Origin: Fonticula alba ATCC 38817
Lineage: Eukaryota; Protista; Nucleariida
Direction: 5' to 3' (one strand)
Length of the DNA: 54,946 nt
NCBI GenBank assembly: GCA_000388065.2
Contig: KB932212.1
The translations under genes and the position numbers were made by a program. How positions within the stretch are numbered: position 1 is the stretch's first letter; each line of letters starts with the position of its first letter. Under the pieces are notes generated by a model. The model saw only the letters and a list, made by a program, of their open reading frames with translations. It was not told the origin of the DNA and searched no databases. Below, one piece after another: positions 50,795 through 54,946 of the stretch.

Positions 50795-53700
50795 ATGGTC
50801 GACATCCAGGCACGCCGGCCGGCCTCGGCCAGCCTGCCTGACCAGTTCCTGGAGCTCGTGCACCAGAGCCTGTGCGCGCCGGAGCCGGAGATCCGCGCAC
50901 CGGGCGCGGGCCTCGACGCGTCGGCCGCCAGCGCGGCTGCCACCCGGGGCCTGGCGCAGTGGCACGCGCACGGTCTCGGCTTCAACACCGTGGCCTGGCG
51001 CGTGGCCGAGCTCCTGGACGAGTACCCCACCGGCATCACCCGGCCCTGTGTGCTGACCGAGATCCAGGCGCTGATCCTGGAGGCCACGCACTCGCGTCGA
51101 CCGGCCGGGGCGGCGGCCTCCGCCTCGGGCCCGGCCTCGATGGCCGACGACCGGTGCCTGAATGCTGATTGGGCGCAGGCGCACTATGACCCGGTGACCC
51201 CGGTGCGCCTGGCGCCCCCGGCCGCGGGGCCCCTCTGCTCGCCGCGCGCCTTCGCCGAGGCCATCGACCAGCACATGGTCAAAGGTATGTGCCTGGCCGT
51301 CCTCTGCTTCGCTCGCGCACGCCCCACGCCCGTCGGGCTTGCACGCACCCGCATCCACCCATCTCCATGGGTATCGATGCACCCATGCAGGCACACACGC
51401 CCCCCCCCCCCAAAACACACGCACGCAGAAGGACATCTCCACACACACACACACATGCACATGCACATGCACATGCACATGCACATGCACATGCACCGGC
51501 TCACTCACTCGCGCATGTGCACTCGCCCGGGCCTTCCGGCCCTTCACACCGGGCCACGATAAGGCCTCTCCAGCACCTTCGCCGCCGCGGCCCTCGGGCT
51601 GAACCTCGTCGAGGGCTTCATCACGGACCTGATCCAAAACCCCTCCTCCACCGGCGGCCCCTTTGCCGCTGTGCTGTCCGACGGGCCGATCCCGAGCTCC
51701 GACCCGCCGGTCCTCCTGCGCATGGCCGATCCCCTCCGGGCCCTTCTCCGGCCCAGGCTCCCGAGTGGCCTGGAAAACCCCTTCTTCCAGCAGCTTCGGG
51801 CCTTTCTCACGGACCTGCCCCCGGCGGCAAGCCCCCCGGTGGACTCCGAGCTCCAAGACGCCCGGCCCCGCCTCACGGCCAATGTGTCACTCCGCATGCT
51901 GGGACCCATCCTGCAGAAGCGCCTCCCCGGCCGCTACAAATGGCCCACATTCACCCTGTTTCTCGGGCCCGGGCTGCTGCCCGGCATCCGCCGGCCGGCC
52001 CCCGGCCCCCCGGCCTCCGACGCCTGGTGGTCGGGCCCGGCGACCGACCACGCGGCCGCCGGACTGCTGGCCGCCGCGGCCGCCGCCCTGGGCCCCGGGC
52101 CCGATCCCACCTCGCGCACGGCCCTTCGGGCCGACCTCCCCCTCGGGCCCGGGCCCGGGCCCATCTCGCTCCTGGTGGAGGTGGAACATGTGTCCGAGGT
52201 GAAGCACATCCCCGCGGCCGGCGAGTGGCTGTCCATGCTGGGCGAGTCGCTGCGCACCCGACGCCGCGGAGCCCCGGACGCGGCCCCCACGCCGCCCGGC
52301 CCCCCGGCCCCGCACAGATTCAATGGAACCTGGGATCGGCCTGTGGAGGAAACCTGCGCCACGGTGTCGCTCATGCTCTGCTGGACCGGCAAGCCGGGGG
52401 GCCCTGCGGCGGGGCCCCTGGCCGGGGCCCGCGTGCGCCTCCTGCTACATCTGTGGAATGAGCACGCACACCTGTCGCAACTCCTGCGTCCGGTACGCGA
52501 GACACACATGCGCATGCCATGCGCCATGGCGGTAGCAGCAGCGCACCGGCCGGCGGCCCGCGCTGCCTGCCTGGGGCCCTGCTGCTTGCCGGTCCCTGCT
52601 CCTCCCCTCTGACCCTCCCCCCCCCCCCCCCCCCCCCCGCCCCCGCTCTCGCCGCCTCCCTCGCGGCACAGGGCGAGCTCCTGTATGTGCACAATCCGCT
52701 GGTCGTGGATGTGACGGCTTACCGGCGCCTCGGCACCTCCGACCCGGTCGCAGCCTACATCGCCCTGGAACACGGGTCCCAGTCGCAGCTGTTCTTGGCG
52801 CATCCTCCGGCGAACACCGGGCACCCTGGCCAGGCAGGCTGCCCGGAGACCGCCCTCACCCGAGCCCCGGCCCCGCCGGACACGCCCTTCGGCCGGGCAC
52901 TTCACCAGCAGCTGCTGCATGCCCGGGCCGTCGGCCGACCCGCGCCGCTGGTCGACACGCTGCCGGCGGTCCGGCCGCCGGCCACATTGGATGCGCTGAA
53001 TGCCCTCGGCCCCGGCGGACAGTATGTCAACTGCGCCGGGACCACCTTCATGCTGGGGCCCGGCGATTTGCGGGGCCTGGCCCCGGCCCCGGGCGCCCCC
53101 GCCCGGCACCTGCTCAACTTGAGTCTGCTCCTGGAGCTGCAGACCTGTGTCTTCGGTGCGGCCCTCCCGGCGCCCGGCTCTTTCTCCCGCGCTCGCGCCC
53201 TCCGGCCTCTCCCTCGCTGCCCCCCGCCTCCATGCCCTAATGCCCCTTGGTCATCCCCCCCCCCCCCCCCCCCCTCCTCGCCACTGTGCGACAGATGCCG
53301 GGACACGCTGCTTCGAAGCACGGCTGCGCGACGCCCAGGGCACCACCATCCTGCTGCTGGTTCGGGCCCCGGCCGACGAGCATGACGATCCCCCGGCCAC
53401 TCCCAGTGGCAAGAGCCCCGCCTGGGACCCCCTCCCCCGGGGCCTCCTCCCGCCGGGGCCGGAGCACCTGGTGCACATCCTGCGCACGGCCCACCCGGGC
53501 TCGGTGCTGCTCCTCCACCGGGTGCACCTGCCCTTCTTGACCGCGACAACTTCCACCATGGTATGTGTCGCACATGCCTCCGTTCCTTTCCCCGCCACCC
53601 GCACCCCGCTCCCGGTCCTCCTCCTCGCACCCCGCCATCCGGTCCTGATCGCTGACCGCCGGCCCACCGGCTGGAAGTCCTTGTTTGCCGACCTGCATTC

Positions 53701-54188
53701 GGCCATGCGCGATCTGTCGCGCCTGCCCGGGCCGCTGGCCACGCGTCTCTTCCAGGCCCCCGGGGCCCTGGCCGATCTGGCGGCCCCGGGTTCCGGTCCC
53801 CGACCGGTGGCCTTTCGCATTGACGGGTGGTTGCTGGAAAATCGAAGCCGCATCCCCGGCGAGGCCGGCGCCAGCTCCGGCTGGGACGTGGCCCACCTCA
53901 TCCGGCGGGTGCATCGCCTGTGCGGCCGGCCCGTGGACATGCAGCATGAAAGCGACGGCTTCTCGCAGGTCCTCTTCCGGTGCGCCGCGTGCGACGGCCT
54001 CGTGGAGGACCTCGACTACCAGTACCGCGTGCGTGCCTACCTCACGCGACATGCGCACAGCCACCGCCACTTGGACCGCCCTTTCGCCTGCCTCCCTCCC
54101 TCTCTCGCTCTTTTTCCTTCTCTCTCTCTCTCTCTCTCGCTTTTTTCCTTCTCTCTCTCGCTTTTTTCCTTCTCTCTCTCGCTCTTTT

Positions 54189-54220
<32 letters not shown>

Positions 54221-54833
54221 GTTTTTTTTCCTTCTCTCTTTCGCTCTTTTTCCTTCTCTCTCTCCCCCTCTCTCTCCCTCTCTCCCTCTCTCCCCCTCTC
54301 CCCCTCTCTCATTCTCTATCTCCACCTACCTCTGCCTCCCGCTCTCACACGCACACACGCACGCACGCTATCCCAAGCTTCTGGCCGTGGTGGCGGACAT
54401 CGGCACCCCGGTCACCGTGCGTCCTCTGCAGGATTACCGCGATCAAGAGTACCCCCTCGGGCCCGGCGGGCAGAGGCCCGGCCGGCAGCTGGTTATGCTG
54501 AGCGACGCGGCGGCCGCCGACCTGATCGGCGTCCCGGCCCGTGTCTTCGCCTCGGAACTGGTCGCCGGGGACATGCTGCAGCTGGACCTCCTTCACCTCC
54601 GGCGCCTAGATCCCGTGGTGTTCCCGCTGCGCAAGCGCCGACGCCGCGGCCCCGCGCACTCCACCGGCCGCGCCCACGCCCACCTCCACCGCGCCCACTG
54701 GACGGCCACCGAGCAACGCCGGGCCCTGGCAGACGCCCGGAGTGGGGCGCTGTACGGCACGGTTCTGGCACCCCAGAATGCCGATCGCGTGACCGTCCCC
54801 GTGGTTGTCGCGGTCACGCGGGTCGGCTCGTGA
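50795..54833 (+). CDS. Multi-OB-fold nucleic-acid-binding protein with C-terminal RPA70C-like Zn-ribbon OB (possibly the fission-yeast Cdc24-OB family), ~991 aa
   Basis: Exons 50795-51284, 51564-52492, 52672-53155, 53295-53560, 53678-54028, 54378-54833 total 2976 nt = 992 codons. C-terminal RVHRLCGRPV...FRCAACDGLVEDLDYQYR-LLAVVADIG...VMLSDAAAADLIGVPARVF parallels RPA70 DBD-C (YRCEKC...YRMILSVNIAD...VTCFQESAEAILG). Central beta-rich LLLHLWNEH...GELLYVHNP is OB-like. Confidence 0.7.
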
Positions 54834-54946
54834 CCCGCCCGAGCGCCGGCACATAAACCTCCTGTTCCCGCTGTGTCTCCCTGCTCTTTTTTTCTTTTCT
54901 TTTTCGCCCGGGCTCCGGGCACAGGCCGGCAGGCAGGCGGGCGGGG

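Noticed and set aside
17320-54833. A functional genome-maintenance cluster (Nse4 plus the OB-fold protein)
   Set aside because: They are >30 kb apart with unrelated genes between; no evidence of co-regulation.
1-54946. Transposons, tRNA/rRNA/snRNA genes, prokaryotic defence or biosynthetic systems
   Set aside because: No transposase/RT/integrase motifs, terminal repeats, cloverleaf or rRNA signatures seen by eye; all recognisable genes are spliced eukaryotic genes. A covariance-model scan was not run.

Overview
This is a GC-rich, intron-rich eukaryotic genomic window from a draft assembly with nine N-gaps. The ORF track is mostly uninformative because it ignores splicing and reads through Ns and simple repeats. 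I rebuilt eleven spliced protein-coding genes by hand. In order: a RapGAP-domain protein (+, 5' end outside the window), mitochondrial ribosomal protein mS35 with a ~480-aa C-terminal extension (-), an orphan (+), a tandem-C2 synaptotagmin-like protein with an acylation/dileucine N-terminus instead of a TM helix (-), Nse4 (+), a divergent septin (-), importin-9 (-), an ABCG/White half-transporter (-), a disordered polyQ orphan (-), the farnesyl/geranylgeranyl-transferase alpha subunit (-), and a ~990-aa multi-OB-fold protein with an RPA70C-like Zn ribbon (+). Introns typically start GTGCGT/GTACGC/GTATGT, often end in AAG, and are full of poly-C and microsatellites. Gene content and composition suggest an opisthokont protist such as Fonticula alba (inference, not verified). 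I found no RNA genes, CRISPR arrays, transposons or prokaryote-type system. The best leads are unusual domain architectures. An Illumina adapter fragment is embedded in the C2 gene and creates a false frameshift.
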